Shown one piece after another: positions 1 through 13,181 of a stretch of 64,000 bases of DNA. The notes beneath the pieces were generated by a model, which was not told the origin of the DNA, did no database searches, and saw only the letters and a program-made list of their open reading frames with translations. Numbering within the stretch: the stretch's first letter is position 1; the number at the start of each line of letters is the position of its first letter. The stretch lies in NCBI GenBank assembly GCA_964016885.1, contig OZ024754.1:9610001-9674000 (forward strand). The letters run 5' to 3'. This DNA is from Eledone cirrhosa. Its lineage: Eukaryota. Made by a program: the position numbers and the translations under genes.

Positions 1-2801
1 GTAGTGTAGTGTTGAGCAGGCTGTAGTATGGTAATATATAGTGTAGGGTAGTGTTGAGCAGGTTGTAGTATGGTAATATATAGTGTAGTGTACTGCTGAG
101 CAGGCTGTAGTATAGTAATATATAGTGTAGTGTAGTGTTGAGCAGGCTGTAGTATGGTAATATATAGTGTAGGGTAGTGTTGAGCAGGCTGTAGTATGGT
201 AATATATAGTGTAGGGTAGTGTTGAGCAGGCTGTAGTATGGTAATATATAGTGTAGGGTAATGTTGAGCAGGCTGTATTATGGTAATATATAGTGTAGTG
301 TACTGCTGAGCAGGTTGTAGTATGGTAATATATAGTGTAGTGTAGTGTAGTGCTGAGCAGGCTGTAGTATGGTAATATATAGTGTAGTGTAGTGTAGTGT
401 AGTGCTGAGCAGGCTGTAGTATGGTAATATATAGTGTAGTGTAGTGTAGTGCTGAGCAGGCTGTAGTATGGTAATGTGTAGTGTAGTGTAGTGCTGAGCA
501 GGCTGTAGTATAGTAATATATAGTGTAGTGTAGTGTAGTGTTGAGCAGGCTGTAGTATGGTAATATATAGTGTAGGGTAGTGTTGAGCAGGCTGTAGTAT
601 AGTAATATATAGTGTAGTGTAGTGTTGAGCAGGCTGTAGTATAGTAATATATAGTGTAGTGTAGTGTTGAGCAGGTTGTAGTATGGTAATATATAGTGTA
701 GTGTACTGCTGAGCAGGCTGTAGTATAGTAATATATAGTGTAGTGTAGTGTTGAGCAGGCTGTAGTATGGTAATATATAGTGTAGGGTAGTGTTGAGCAG
801 GCTGTAGTATGGTAATATATAGTGTAGGGTAGTGGACAGCTTAGCAGGCTGTAGTATGGTAATATATAGTGTAGTGTAGTGTTGAGCAGGCTGTAGTATG
901 GTAATATATAGTGTAGGGTAATGTTGAGCAGGCTGTAGTATGGTAATATATAGTGTAGTGTAGTGTAGTGTAGTGCTGAGCAGGCTGTAGTATGGTAATA
1001 TATAGTGTAGTGTAGTGTAGTGTAGTGCTGAGCAGGCTGTAGTATGGTAATATATAGTGTAGTGTAGTGTAGTGTAGTGCTGAGCAGGCTGTAGTATGGT
1101 AATATATAGTGTAGTGTAGTGTAGTGTAGTGCTGAGCAGGCTGTAGTATGGTAATATATAGTGTAGTGTAGTGTAGTGCTGAGCAGGCTGTAGTATGGTA
1201 ATGTGTAGTGTAGTGTAGTGCTGAGCAGGCTGTAGTATAGTAATATATAGTGTAGTGTAGTGTAGTGTTGAGCAGGCTGTAGTATGGTAATATATAGTGT
1301 AGGGTAGTGTTGAGCAGGCTGTAGTATGGTAATATATAGTGTAGGGTAGTGCTGAGCAGGCTGTAGTACAGTAATATATAGTATAGTGTAGTGCTGAGCA
1401 GGCTGTAGTATGGTAATATATAGTGTAGGGTAGTGCTGAGCAGGCTGTAGTATAGTAATATATAGTGTAGGGTAGTGCTGAGCAGGCTGTAGTACAGTAA
1501 TATATAGTATAGTGTAGTGCTGAGCAGGCTGTAGTATGGTAATATTTAGTGTAGTGTAGTGTTGAGCAGGCTGTAGTATGGTAATATATAGTGTAGTGTA
1601 GTGTTGAGCAGGCTGTAGTATGGTAATATATAGTGTAGGGTAGTGTTGAGCAGGCTGTAGTATGGTAATATATAGTGTAGTGTAGTGTTGAGCAGGCTGT
1701 AGTATGGTAATATATAGTGTAGTGTAGTGTTGTGCAGGCTGTAGTATGGTAATATATAGTGTAGTGTAGTGTTGAGCAGGCTGTAGTATAGTAATATATA
1801 GTGTAGGGTAGCGTTGAGCAGGCTGTAGTATGGTAATATATAGTGTAGGGTAGTGTTGAGCAGGCTGTAGTATGGTAATATATAGTGTAGGGTAGTGTTG
1901 AGCAGGCTGTAGTATGGTAATATATAGTGTAGGGTAGTGTTGAGCAGGCTGTAGTATGGTAATATATAGTATAGTGTAGTGTTGTGCAGGCTGTAGTATG
2001 GTAATATATAGTGTAGTGGACAGCTTAGCAGGCTGTAGTATGGTAATATATAGTGTAGGGTAGTGTTGAGCAGGCTGTAGTATGGTAATATATAGTGTAG
2101 GGTAGTGTTGAACAGGCTGTAGTAAGGTAATATATAGTGTAGGGTAGTGTTGAGCAGGCTGTAGTATAGTAATATATAGTGTAGGGTAGTATTGAGCAGG
2201 CTGTAGTATGGTAATATATAGTGTAGGGTAGTGTTGAGCAGGCTGTAGTATAGTAATATATAGTGTAGGGTAGTGTTGAGCAGGCTGTAGTATGGTAATA
2301 TATAGTGTAGTGGACAGCTTAGCAGGCTGTAGTATGGTAATATATAGTGTAGTGTACTGCTGAGCAGGCTGTAGTATGGTAATGTGTAGTGTAGTGCTGA
2401 GCAGGCTGTAGTACAGTAATATATAGTGTAGTGTACTGCTGAGCAGGCTGTAGTATAGTAATATATAGTGTAGTGTACTGCTGAGCAGGCTGTAGTATAG
2501 TAATATATAGTGTAGTGTAGTATTGAGCAGGCTGTAGTATGGTAATATATAGTGTAGTGTAGTGCTGAGCAGGCTGTAGTACAGTAATATATAGTGTAGT
2601 GTACTGCTGAGCAGGCTGTAGTATAGTAATATATAGTGTAGTGTAGTATTGAGCAGGCTGTAGTATGGTAATATATAGTGTAGGGTAGTGTTGAGCAGGC
2701 TGTAGTATAGTAATATATAGTGTAGTGTAGTGTTGAGCAGGCTGTAGTATGGTAATATATAGTGTAGTGTAGTGCTGAGCAGGCTGTAGTATGGTAATAT
2801 A
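1..2801. repeat. Minisatellite, 42-bp basic unit with variable (GTAGT)n
   Basis: Unit GTGTAGGGTAGTGTTGAGCAGGCTGTAGTATGGTAATATATA recurs (e.g. 1801 and 1843). 47/52-bp variants carry extra GTAGT. The array runs off the window start. Confidence 0.97.
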
Positions 2802-3281
2802 GGCGATATAATCTTTATGTTTAGATATTTATTTGCAGACTCAGAGGTGAGTGTTGCACAAGCAGATAAGATGAAGTTGGTTATATCATGGTAGCATTAG
2901 ATCCTTGCTTTTTATTATAGGGATGGTGACAGAGACGAATGGTGGTGCCCCAGCATGGCCTCAGCCAGATGGCTGGAACAGGTAAACGAGTAAAACTGTA
3001 GTCTAGCACAGACACACAGACTTTCAACATAAACATGAAATTGATTTTTAGGCTATTTTCGTATGAATGTATGTTTAAGTTTGTCAGGGTCGGGTTAAGT
3101 TGACTAAACTCTTAGAACGGTATTATAGTTACGTGCCAATGCTCTGTTAATATGTTTTGTCTAGAAGTTTGAAAATGTATTTTGTGTCTCTATTGTGTCT
3201 GCGTATGCGTGTGTGTGTGTGTGAAAATCCTTAAAATAGAATCACACTATGTCTACGAAACAGTTTTCTCTCTCTCACACA

Positions 3282-3991
3282 CAGGGCTGGATTTATAGTG
3301 GGGCAGAGAGGGCATTTTTCCCCAGGCCTCCCATCTGTTGCAGGCTTTATTGGTTGAGGTGGGACCCTAGCAAGATAGATGTGCTTTGGAACTTCCAAAA
3401 CTCAGCCCCTGAAATAGGTTTTTGATCTTATCTTTTAGACACACCATTACAATGCTTTTAATGAAAAGTACTTAATGTCACCCCTCTGATCAATTCATTG
3501 AAGTTTCTCTATTTTACAGACATCAAATCATTACCCGAACAATATGTTTATAAGTACATTTAAGTGTGGAAAGTTCACTTGACCCTTTAGCATTTAAACC
3601 GGCCATATCCGACCAGAATTCTCTCACCTTTTTTTGTTCAAAGTGGTCATAACTGGTCGTTCATACTTATGTTAAGGTATTGTTCTCAAAATAAATAACA
3701 CCAAAATCTCATAGATTCGATATTATGTGAGATAATTATGTAAGATAAAACCTTTACCACAAAAATAAAATAGTATATATAGAGTAATGTAAATGCTAAA
3801 GGGTTAAAATGAATGTAGTCAGCTTTTTTCATTTAACATCTGTATGTATAACTTGACAATTGTAATCACATGCACCAAGCCACCTTTGAAATGTAAACTT
3901 GGGGGTTTGCTGTGCATTTTAATTTTTGTGTATGAGGAGCCCCCAAAACCTGAAGTGCCCCTAGCCCCTGAACTACTTCTTCCAGGCCCTG
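3282..3991. mobile_element. Old hAT-like non-autonomous element
   Basis: Ends CAGGGCTGGA ... TCCAGGCCCTG form an imperfect TIR of the hAT CAGGG type. The TSD is degenerate in a CA tract. Contains a nested piggyBac-like MITE. Confidence 0.5.
3583..3803. mobile_element. piggyBac-like MITE
   Basis: TIR CCCTTTAGCATTTA / TAAATGCTAAAGGG flanked by TTGA and TTAA. Homologous to 11444-11764 and 44549-44766. Confidence 0.8.
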
Positions 3992-4029
3992 CACACATAC
4001 ACTCTTTCTCACGCCCCCCTCTTTCTCTC

Positions 4030-4355
4030 ACATTAATTCCTGTAACCTATATTTCAACATTAACCTTTCACACAACATCCTATTAAGATGGAAGCTTCAT
4101 ATTTTCTTGCCTTAACACGAGAGCCGACTTTTTTAATCACTGCACCCATGTTGCAAAGTATCTATTAACCTGGACTAAACTATCACAGAATATCATCGTT
4201 CTTCAAAAGTTGTTCCCCTACAATAGACTATTCGCGTTTTCTCCCTTGCCATTCAACTACTGACAATGCTACACAGAATCAAGCTAGATATAAATACTTC
4301 CGTCCTCTCTATAACCATACACGATTTGAAGAACCCTTTTGATGAAACATGAACT
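4030..4355 (+). mobile_element. Degenerate Penelope-like 3' relic
   Basis: Translates in part to SCNL...LNTRADFFNHCTHVAKYLL, resembling the CxLC...LNKRSE...CRH tail of PLE GIY-YIG proteins. Compare 41965-42180. Confidence 0.35.
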
Positions 4356-4360
4356 AACTC

Positions 4361-4409
<49 letters not shown>

Positions 4410-4444
4410 TATATATGTATATATATATATACACACATATATAT

Positions 4445-4479
<35 letters not shown>

Positions 4480-4614
4480 CACATATATATACACACATAT
4501 ATATATACACATATATATACACATAAATATATACATATATATATATAAATATATATATATATACACATATATATATACATATATATATGCACACACATAT
4601 ATACACATACACAT

Positions 4615-4645
<31 letters not shown>

Positions 4646-4985
4646 CATACACAAAGGTTTTATTCAATTTGCATGTTAAATAAAAACCTGTTATATTTGT
4701 AAGATGGCGTTGTTATTATCTGCTAAAAGAAAGTAAATAAAAACTTATTGAAAAACTTATTGAAACTTTATAAAATGTTATTAAAAAAATCATTACGTAA
4801 TGGAGATTTTAAACAAAACTATATTCTAAACACATTTAAAATATTTTAGATATCAAAATATTAAAACACGATAAAAGTATTCTTCACCCAAGAGAATGAC
4901 AACACTGTACTATCTAAACATGTATTAACATTTAACACGCTCTAGGCAACATAAAACGCCAACGGAGTAATCTCCCCTGAATACA

Positions 4986-5176
4986 TAATTGTTTCTACTT
5001 TAGGCACAAGGCCAGCAATAACCCAGTGCACCACTGGTACTTTATTTTATCGACCCCGTAAGGATGAAAGGCAAAGTTAACCTCGGCGGGATTTGAACTC
5101 AGATCATAAAAGGCCGTAACTCTATGCGGTAAAGCATGGCGTCCGACTCTCTACCGATACTGCCAATCCACCGCCT
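4986..5176 (-). mobile_element. tRNA-derived SINE, family A
   Basis: Minus strand reads GGCGGTGGATTGGCAGTATCGG (A box), GAGTTCAAATCC (B box), core GCCTTTCATCCTTACGGGGTCGATAAAATAAAGTACCAG, tail GTAGAAACAATTA. Confidence 0.88.
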
Positions 5177-5937
5177 TATTATTCTTCAAAATAATGAAAC
5201 CACGAACATCTCTTTGCTAACAACTCTGGTGTCAATGTTAATAGGTTGGTTTTATTAATTAGTTTTGTTACTTGTTTGAGAGATATAAAACAGGTATCTG
5301 TGACAGGAGAAACATATTACTTTTGTTTATGGAATTTGTTGATGATAGATGTAGCAGTGGTGTTATCTGTTAAGAATGTTTTTTTAATTATATATCTCTA
5401 AATTATATATCAGATCGTAAAGGGACGTAACTATGCTGGAAAGCATGGCGTCCGACCCTCTACCGATACTGCCAATCCACTGCCCTTAATACATAATGTA
5501 GTGTCATAATGCAGGGAAAGGGAAGCAATTCATAAAAATAACTAGCGTGCTAAAGATTAATTACTTATACACATGGTTTGGAGTTTTGACCTTTTCTTAA
5601 ACATAATGTAGGGGGTTGTTATATTTGGATTGGCTTATACACAAATATAGATGGTATGCTAAGAGTATGTGTGTCTGTGGAATGCTCAGCCACTTACACA
5701 TAAATTTCATGAGAAGATTCGTTTCATTGATCTAAAAACAGGGACAACCATTGTCACCATTGTCAAAGCCAGTGGAGGCCCAATCAATATACATACATAC
5801 ATACATTCACACACACACACACACACATACATACACATACATACATGCATACACACACACATACATACATGCATACACACATACATACATATAAACACAC
5901 ACACACATACATACACAAACATACATACATACACACT

Positions 5938-6465
5938 TAGGAAAACAAAATTAAAAACAAATGAAGAGGAATATGTTGAGACAGATAGCACTAAAGTATA
6001 CTGGTGGAACCTGAAAAGAAAGACTGCCCTCAAATTAAAGAACAACCGGCCTGATATTGTCGTTTGGGTCCACACATTGAGAATGTACACTGTTGTAGAG
6101 ATCAGCTGCCCACTTGATGTAAACGTTGTCAGAAAAATACAGGAGAAGGAGGACATCTACGGACCATTGATGAGGAATTTGCAGATCCAGTATCCAAGAT
6201 ACACATTGAGCTTCATACCCATTATTATCGGAGCGACGGGTTATATAACAACCCGCTTGGACCAATGTATAACTGAACTTGGATTTGTGGACAAAGAGCG
6301 CAGCTCCCTAATTCATAGTCTACAAATGGCCGCGATAGCTGGCACCTTCAAAATTTGCAAAACATTCTTGTGATTCAAGGGATGACAATTTCTTTTCTTT
6401 TACAATCTTGCCACCAGGAAGGTGGCCGGTCAAAAATGTGCTTGAAATTAAGAGAAAGAGAAACA
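5938..6465 (+). mobile_element. 5'-truncated R4/Dong-like non-LTR retrotransposon (restriction-like endonuclease domain)
   Basis: ORF to 6373 contains YWWN...NNRPDIVVW...VEISCP.D.NV..K..EK...Y..L...IPIIIGATG, the PD-(D/E)xK RLE signature. Flanked by (CATA)/(CA) repeats. Confidence 0.85.
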
Positions 6466-6483
6466 TGCATACATACACACACA

Positions 6484-7093
6484 CATGGTGGCTGCCAACT
6501 CGTTTTCGAGTACGGCCACTACTTTATATCCATGTAGGAGAACCCCTACCGATGCGCTGAACGAGTGTGACTTTTTAGTCCAGCCAGTGACTTGAAAACT
6601 CTGGTACAAACACTACACCTGTGACAATTATTGACACATAGTGCTGGGCCAATGGTACCATGTGACGACAAGTGCAGAGAGATCTCCAGATATAAAGTAA
6701 TACCTGTGCCATGAAGCTTTTATAGTGAGCAAAGGCACTGCACAAAGCCAGTCCCACTCTCTTAACAAAGATGATATTTACCAAAAAGAAGAACAAGTCA
6801 ACATCATTGGATACCATCAGGGTTGCAGGTGTTATATCAGAGTTTTCCTTCTCCTAGAATTCTGCCTTGACAAAGGCTAAGGGGTCATCTCTCCCGGTGA
6901 TTTTGGATGGCCATTGACTCTTAAGAGCTCCTTTACTCTTTGACAGGTTTTGTTTTTAGTCCTGCAGGATGTCCAAAGTCACCCTCCTCACCAAGAAACC
7001 TTGGTGGGGTTGCCGGTTTAGTCGCCAATAACCCGACCATGAGACAGGTTGGACTGGGATACATGTTACCAGTAGCACCAACTGGTGACCTGA
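6484..7093 (-). mobile_element. ~610-bp non-coding interspersed repeat, family C (probable non-autonomous retroelement)
   Basis: Close copies at 43000-43583 and 60345-60670 share the end GTGGCTGCCAACTCG and are truncated at the other end. Diverged relatives lie at 54090-54640 and 59130-59440. Orientation is inferred from the truncation pattern. Confidence 0.75.
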
Positions 7094-7485
7094 CATACTG
7101 ACAGACACACATACATACTTACTTACATACTTATATATACATACTCCAAATTATAGACATTTTATAAATCTGAACAATATTAACCCTTTTATTCTCGTAT
7201 TTCTAATAAAATTTACTGCAAATGAATTAATCAAGGAAGAATTTGAAGGGATTTACTAAAATTAGTTGAATTATTAACATTACAAAAAAGTTCTTTTATA
7301 AAATTAAAATCATATTCAAAGAATTTTAATTTAAATAGAAACCTTTTAAATGAATGATTTTTGTTCCATAGAACCAGATGTGGTTTGGGGTGGGTTAGTA
7401 AAGAAAGGTTTAAAACAAAATCATGAGAAATAAAGAAAGGCTTTATGCATAATTGTAGTTAAGTAAGAGTTGCAATGATGAATGA

Positions 7486-7820
7486 TATCATCATCATCAT
7501 CATCATCATCATCGTTTAACGTCCATGTTCCACGCTTGCATGGGTTTGGACGGGAGTTTTCCCACTTGAGGCAAGAGTGGTTGTCTTGCTCGCATAGGAC
7601 TGTCTGGCGGGTTTTCTACAGCTGGATGCCCTTCCTAACACCAACCACATTTACAGTGTGGACTGGGAGGTTTTTACCGTCTTGCCTACACGGCCACATT
7701 ACAGCGTGGACTGTGTGTTTTTTTGTCGTGACACCTACACGATCTCATTTGTTTCGGCCTGGATGTTGTGGCACCAACATAACTTTACATTGAAAGGGGC
7801 AGTGTGGATGGGGTGGGGAT
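7486..7820 (-). mobile_element. RTE LINE 3' UTR fragment
   Basis: (CAT)n tail plus CGTTTAACGTCCATGTTCCACGCTTGCATGG; matches the 3' UTR of the RTE at 31885-33091. Confidence 0.85.
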
Positions 7821-7999
7821 ATATTCATTTCTGATAGAAATCATCATCATCATCACCGTTTAATGTTCATTTTCCACACTAGCATGGGTTAGACAGGTTG
7901 TCCCATTAGAGGCCAGTTGGGTCAGGTGACTGTGTCTTGCTGATATAGAACTGTTTCTGCTAGGTTTCTATGGCTAGATATCCTTCCTAACTCCAACCA

Positions 8000-9270
8000 C
8001 ATTTACATTGTGGGCTGGGTGCTTTTTGTCATGACACCTACATGACCACTTTACAGTGTGGGCTAGGTGCTTTTTGTCATGACACCTACATGACCACTTT
8101 ACAGTGTGTGCTGGGTGCTTTTTGTCATGGCACCTACATGACCACTTTACAGTGTGTGCTGGGTGCTTTTTGTCATGGCACCTACATGACCACTTTACAG
8201 TGTGTGCTGGGTGCTTTTTGTCATGACACCTACATGACCACTTTACAGTGTGTGCTGGGTGCTTTTTATCATGACACCTACATGACCACTTTACAGTGTG
8301 TGCTGGGTGCTTTTTGTCATGACACCTACATGACCACTTTACAGTGTGTGCTGGGTGCTTTTTGTCATGACACCTACATGACCACTTTACAGTGTGTGCT
8401 GGGTGCTTTTTGTCATGACACCTACATGACCACTTTATAGTGTGTGCTGGGTGATTTTTGTTATGACACCTACATGACCACTTTACAGTGTGTGCTGGGT
8501 GCTTTTTATTGTGACACCTACATGACCACTTTACAGTGTGTGGTGGGTGCTTTTTGTCATGACACCTACATGACCACTTTACAGTGTGTGCTGGGTGCTT
8601 TTTGTCGTGATACCCACATGACCACTTTACAGTGTGTGCGGGGTGCTTTTTGTCGTGATACCTACATGACCACTTTACAGTGTGTGCTGGGTGCTTTTTG
8701 TCATGTCACCTACATGACCACTTTACAGTGTGTGCTGGGTGCTTTTTGTCGTGATACCCACATGACCACTTTACAGTGTGGGCTGGGTGCTTTTTGTCAT
8801 GACACCTACATGACCACTTTACAGTGTGTGCTGGGTGCTTTTTGTCATGACACCTACATGACCACTTTACAGTGTGGGCTGGGTGCTTTTTGTCGTGACA
8901 CCTACATGACCACTTTACAGTGTGTGCGGGGTGCTTTTTGTCGTGATACCCACATGACCACTTTACAGTGTGTGCTGGGTGCTTTTTGTCATGACACCTA
9001 CATGACCACTTTACATTGTGTGCTGGGTGCTTTTTGTCGTGATACCCACATGTCCACTTTACAGTGTGGGCTGGGTGCTTTTTGTCGTGATACCCACATG
9101 ACCACTTTACAGTGTGTGCTGGGTGCTTTTTATTGTGACACCTACATGACCACTCTACAGTGTAGGCTGGGTGCTTTTTGTTGTGATACCCACATAACCA
9201 CTTTACAATGTAGGCTGGGTGATTTTGTCGTGACACCAACATGATCACTTTACAGTGTGGACTGGGTACT
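8000..9270. repeat. 48-bp minisatellite grown from a retroelement segment
   Basis: Unit GACACCTACATGACCACTTTACAGTGTGTGCTGGGTGCTTTTTGTCAT, about 26 copies. Continuous with an upstream retroelement tail (7840-8000) containing the same motif. Confidence 0.93.
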
Positions 9271-9870
9271 TTTTGTTACTGGTACTTTATTTTATCGACC
9301 CCCGTAAGGATGAAAGACAAAGCCAACTTTGGCAGGATTTGAACTCAGAATGTAAAAGGCCATAGCTACATGCCTAAAGCATAATGGCTGATGCTCTACC
9401 GATACTGCTAATCCACCAACTACAACAACAATAAAAAGAACCGTCTGAACATCGACAAAACATGATCAGTTAATTGTAAAGTGTTTGATATTAGGAAGGG
9501 CATCCAACTGTAGATAGCTTGTCAAACATAGAATTGAAGAACTTTTCAGTTGAATCAAAAGCACAACAACCACTCTAGTGCTGGTTCCATGATAACATAT
9601 ACCCAATACATTCTTTGAAGAGTAGGGACTGCATGTAAGTGAGATGACTGACCTATCTGTCAGGACAATGGTTCTGGATAAGTACTGACTTGGACTATGT
9701 CCAGCTGTCCAATCTATGTTAGCATGAGATGAACAGACAAAAGATCAGTGATGATTATGATATGATGTGTAGCCATACATTTCACAAGCATATCGAAAAT
9801 GTCATTTTGTGTAAAAAATACTTTAGCAGAGAGCTCAATAAATATGAAAATATATTCTTGTTTAGAGCAA

Positions 9871-10060
9871 TAATTGTTTCTACTTTTGGCACAAGGCCAG
9901 CAATTACCCAGTACATTACTGGTACTTTATTTTATCGACCCCATAAGGATGAAAGGCAAAGTTAACCTCGGCGGGATTTGAACTCAGAATGGCAAGGGCC
10001 GTAACTCTATGCGTCAAAGCATAGCGTCCAACCCTCTACCGATACTGCCAATTCACCGCC
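9871..10060 (-). mobile_element. SINE family A, full length with TSD
   Basis: A/B boxes and core present. 18-bp direct repeat CTTGTTTAGAGCAATAAT at 9857-9874 and 10061-10078. Confidence 0.92.
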
Positions 10061-10384
10061 CTTGTTTAGAGCAATAATATATTGAAACGTAAAGATTGGT
10101 GAGAAGAAATGACATTTGAAAAGAAATGTTAGCTATACATATTAAATTATAAATACATGCATATATTCATATAGAGAAAAAATATATGAATATATGTATG
10201 TAATAATTTTAATATGTATAGTCAGTGTATATTTTCATGTGTTTTATGTCTTTGCCATCTTTATATCTTAATATGTACTTATATGTGCATACATGTGTAT
10301 ATACACATATATATATAATTATATATATGTGTGTATGTGTCTGTGTGTGTATAGACATCATATATTAGAATATAATGTATATTT

Positions 10385-10386
<2 letters not shown>

Positions 10387-10449
<63 letters not shown>

Positions 10450-10525
10450 ATACATATACATACATATATATATATATATATACATATACATACATATACA
10501 TACATATATACATACATATACATAC

Positions 10526-10563
<38 letters not shown>

Positions 10564-10968
10564 ACATACATACATATACATACATATATATATATATATA
10601 CATACATACATATATATACATATATATATATATACATATACATACATACATATATATACATATATATATATATATACATATACATACATACATATATATA
10701 CATATATAAATATATACATATACATACATACATATATATACATATATATATATACATACATATATATATATATATACATATACATACATATATATATATA
10801 TACATATACATACATACATATATATACATATACATACATACATATATATACATATACATACATACATATATATACATATATATATACATACATACATACA
10901 TACATACATACATACATACATACATACACATACATACATACATATACATATATATATAAATATATATA
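10387..10968. repeat. (TA)n/(TACA)n compound microsatellite (representative of many)
   Basis: Direct inspection. Similar tracts at 4363-4650, 19256-19507, 29930-30150, 30820-31770, 53175-53670 and 54650-56380. Confidence 0.97.
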
Positions 10969-11443
10969 TTGCTATATCATATGCATCAAATCTACTTACA
11001 TACATTTTAAATATGTCCAAAATAATGTTCACCTGAATATCAGTACTTAAGAAGCTGTACTTGGACATTGTAGGAAGAAAGGTTTTAGGAGGAAAACCTA
11101 ATACTTAATTTATATTCTACTTATAATTCTTCTTCTATTCTATTTTCACTAGTGTACCTGTGTCATCAAAAATGATGACAGTTTAACTCTTTACCATTCA
11201 CATTACTCTATATAAACTATTGTATTATCTCACATAATATCGAATCTAAGAGATTTTGATATTATGTATTTTGAGAACAATACCTTAACATCAGTATGGG
11301 TGGCTGGTTACAGCTGGTTTGAACAGAAAGAGGTGAGAGAATTTTTTTGTCTGAAAATTATCAACGTCTGCACCCCATCTTAAATGATAGGAGTAATACA
11401 CTTATGCAGTTTAATTAATTTTAGAGAATGTTGTAGTCATTAA

Positions 11444-11764
11444 CCCTTTAGCATTTACATTATTTTATATCTTTGCCTTTCATCCTTACGGGGTCGATAA
11501 AATAGAGTACCAGTAATACACTGGGATAATTGCTGGCCTTGTGCCAAAAGTAGAAACAATTATTTTATATATACTAATATATTTTTGTGTTAAAGGCTTT
11601 ACCTCATATAATTATCCCACATAATATGGAATATATGAGATTTTGATATTATTTATTTTGAGAACAATACCTTTACATTAGCATGAGTCACTAATTATGA
11701 CCGGTTTGAACAGAAAAAAGTGAGAGAATTCTGGCCGAATACAGCCAGTTTAAATGCTAAAGGG
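11444..11764. mobile_element. piggyBac-like MITE with nested SINE-A fragment
   Basis: TTAA-CCCTTTAGCATTTA ... TAAATGCTAAAGGG-TTAA. A SINE-A 3' part is inserted at about 11470-11562. Confidence 0.88.
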
Positions 11765-11787
11765 TTAAAAAAACATTATCGAAACTT

Positions 11788-11951
11788 CTTCACCCACTTA
11801 TTCCTGAGAGGGTTGTGGTGACAGAGTCCTTAAATTCTCCCTCCACTGAGTCCTGTCAGCAGCAATCATTTCCAACTGATCTGGCTGGATCTCCAAGCAT
11901 GACCAGCCAAGCTCATAGATGTTATCCAACCATCTTGTTCAGGGTCTACCC
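11788..11951 (-). mobile_element. Old RTE-like LINE 3' relic
   Basis: Minus strand gives GRP.TRWLDNI...DRTQWR-like RTE C-terminus. Homologous to 63620-63790. Confidence 0.6.
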
Positions 11952-13181
11952 CATTATTGAAACAATTGAGAAATTGTTTACCTGTATAATTCACACATTT
12001 TAACTAGTATCAACAATTTGTAACAGTGGTAATGCAGGCTACCCCCTAAAAACAGTTAAATAGTATCAACAATTTGTAACTGTGATAGTACAGGCTACCC
12101 CCTGAAAATGAGGGATCACCATGGTATATGAATTCATAGCTACTTGTACTATAAAAAAAATGGCAGCTTTTAGATTATGATATTTTTACAAATCTACTGA
12201 ATTATTTTAATTACACAAAACATAATAAAATATATTCAATAGAATAATAAATAAAAATGTCATAATAATGATTGGCCTGCATAAAAACTTTTGTTGGAAA
12301 ATTAATCATTTTTCTTGAAAAATTAATCATATTTGTCGCAAAATTAGTCATTTTTGTTGGAAAATTATGAACGTCTGCTCCCCAAAAAATAAGCAATATG
12401 CTTATGGATTTAAAGAATGAGGTGTACAAAAGGTATTTCATTAAGTGGAACCTTCCTCTTAGCTGGAAAAACAAAAGCTGAGCTCTATTCATTGGCAACT
12501 CACAAAGAAAGGGGGAGATAGTTAGTAGACATGTTTTTGTTCAACTGGAACTTCTCAGCAGATCAAAGAAAACATGAGCCTGCTTCATCAATACATATAT
12601 GTCAATACATATTGAAAAAAAAGATTAAAGATAATATTAGTCAAGTAGTCATTTGCTAAATAAAAAGTATTATTGAGTTGAAAGAAATAACTTAAGCAAG
12701 TCAATGGCATGAATTTTGCTTAATTAATGTCTGAATGAGGTATGCAAAAATTCTTAATGAATAATAAATTTCCTCCTAAATAGAAAGAATACAAAAACCT
12801 AGCGGCAATTATTAGCAGTGAAGCATGTGAAGTAAATTTTATAATTAATACCTAATTTATATAAATTATCATTTCCTCTTTTTATGATTCATTAATGAAT
12901 GCTAGTCGGTTGCTGTTTTCTTTCTCCAACCAAGATGAGGAAAATTTCAATTCATTAAGTATGTTTAGCTTACGTCATTAGCCATCATCATCATCTGGTT
13001 TAATGTCTTCTGTACTTGTCGCAAGCCATACAGACTTGATTATGAAAAACATACCTCAAACTGAAAAATATAAATATAAATAAACATAAGTATGCTAAAA
13101 AGACAGACAGTAATTAAATACAAAGAAAATATCACCCATGCTGTAGTTGCAATGAAATGTGCAGAAGTACATATCTTATAT

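Noticed and set aside
1-2801. CRISPR-like periodicity (also 33-38 kb)
   Set aside because: No unique spacers and no cas genes; eukaryotic minisatellites.
4253-4702. Y/I/C/V/H/T-rich ORFs here and at 10.3-11, 19.2, 26, 29-31, 47.3 and 53-56 kb
   Set aside because: Translations of (TA)n/(CA)n/(CT)n microsatellites, open in many frames.
8042-9248. Cys-rich 16-aa repeat protein
   Set aside because: Product of a 48-bp minisatellite derived from a non-coding retroelement segment.
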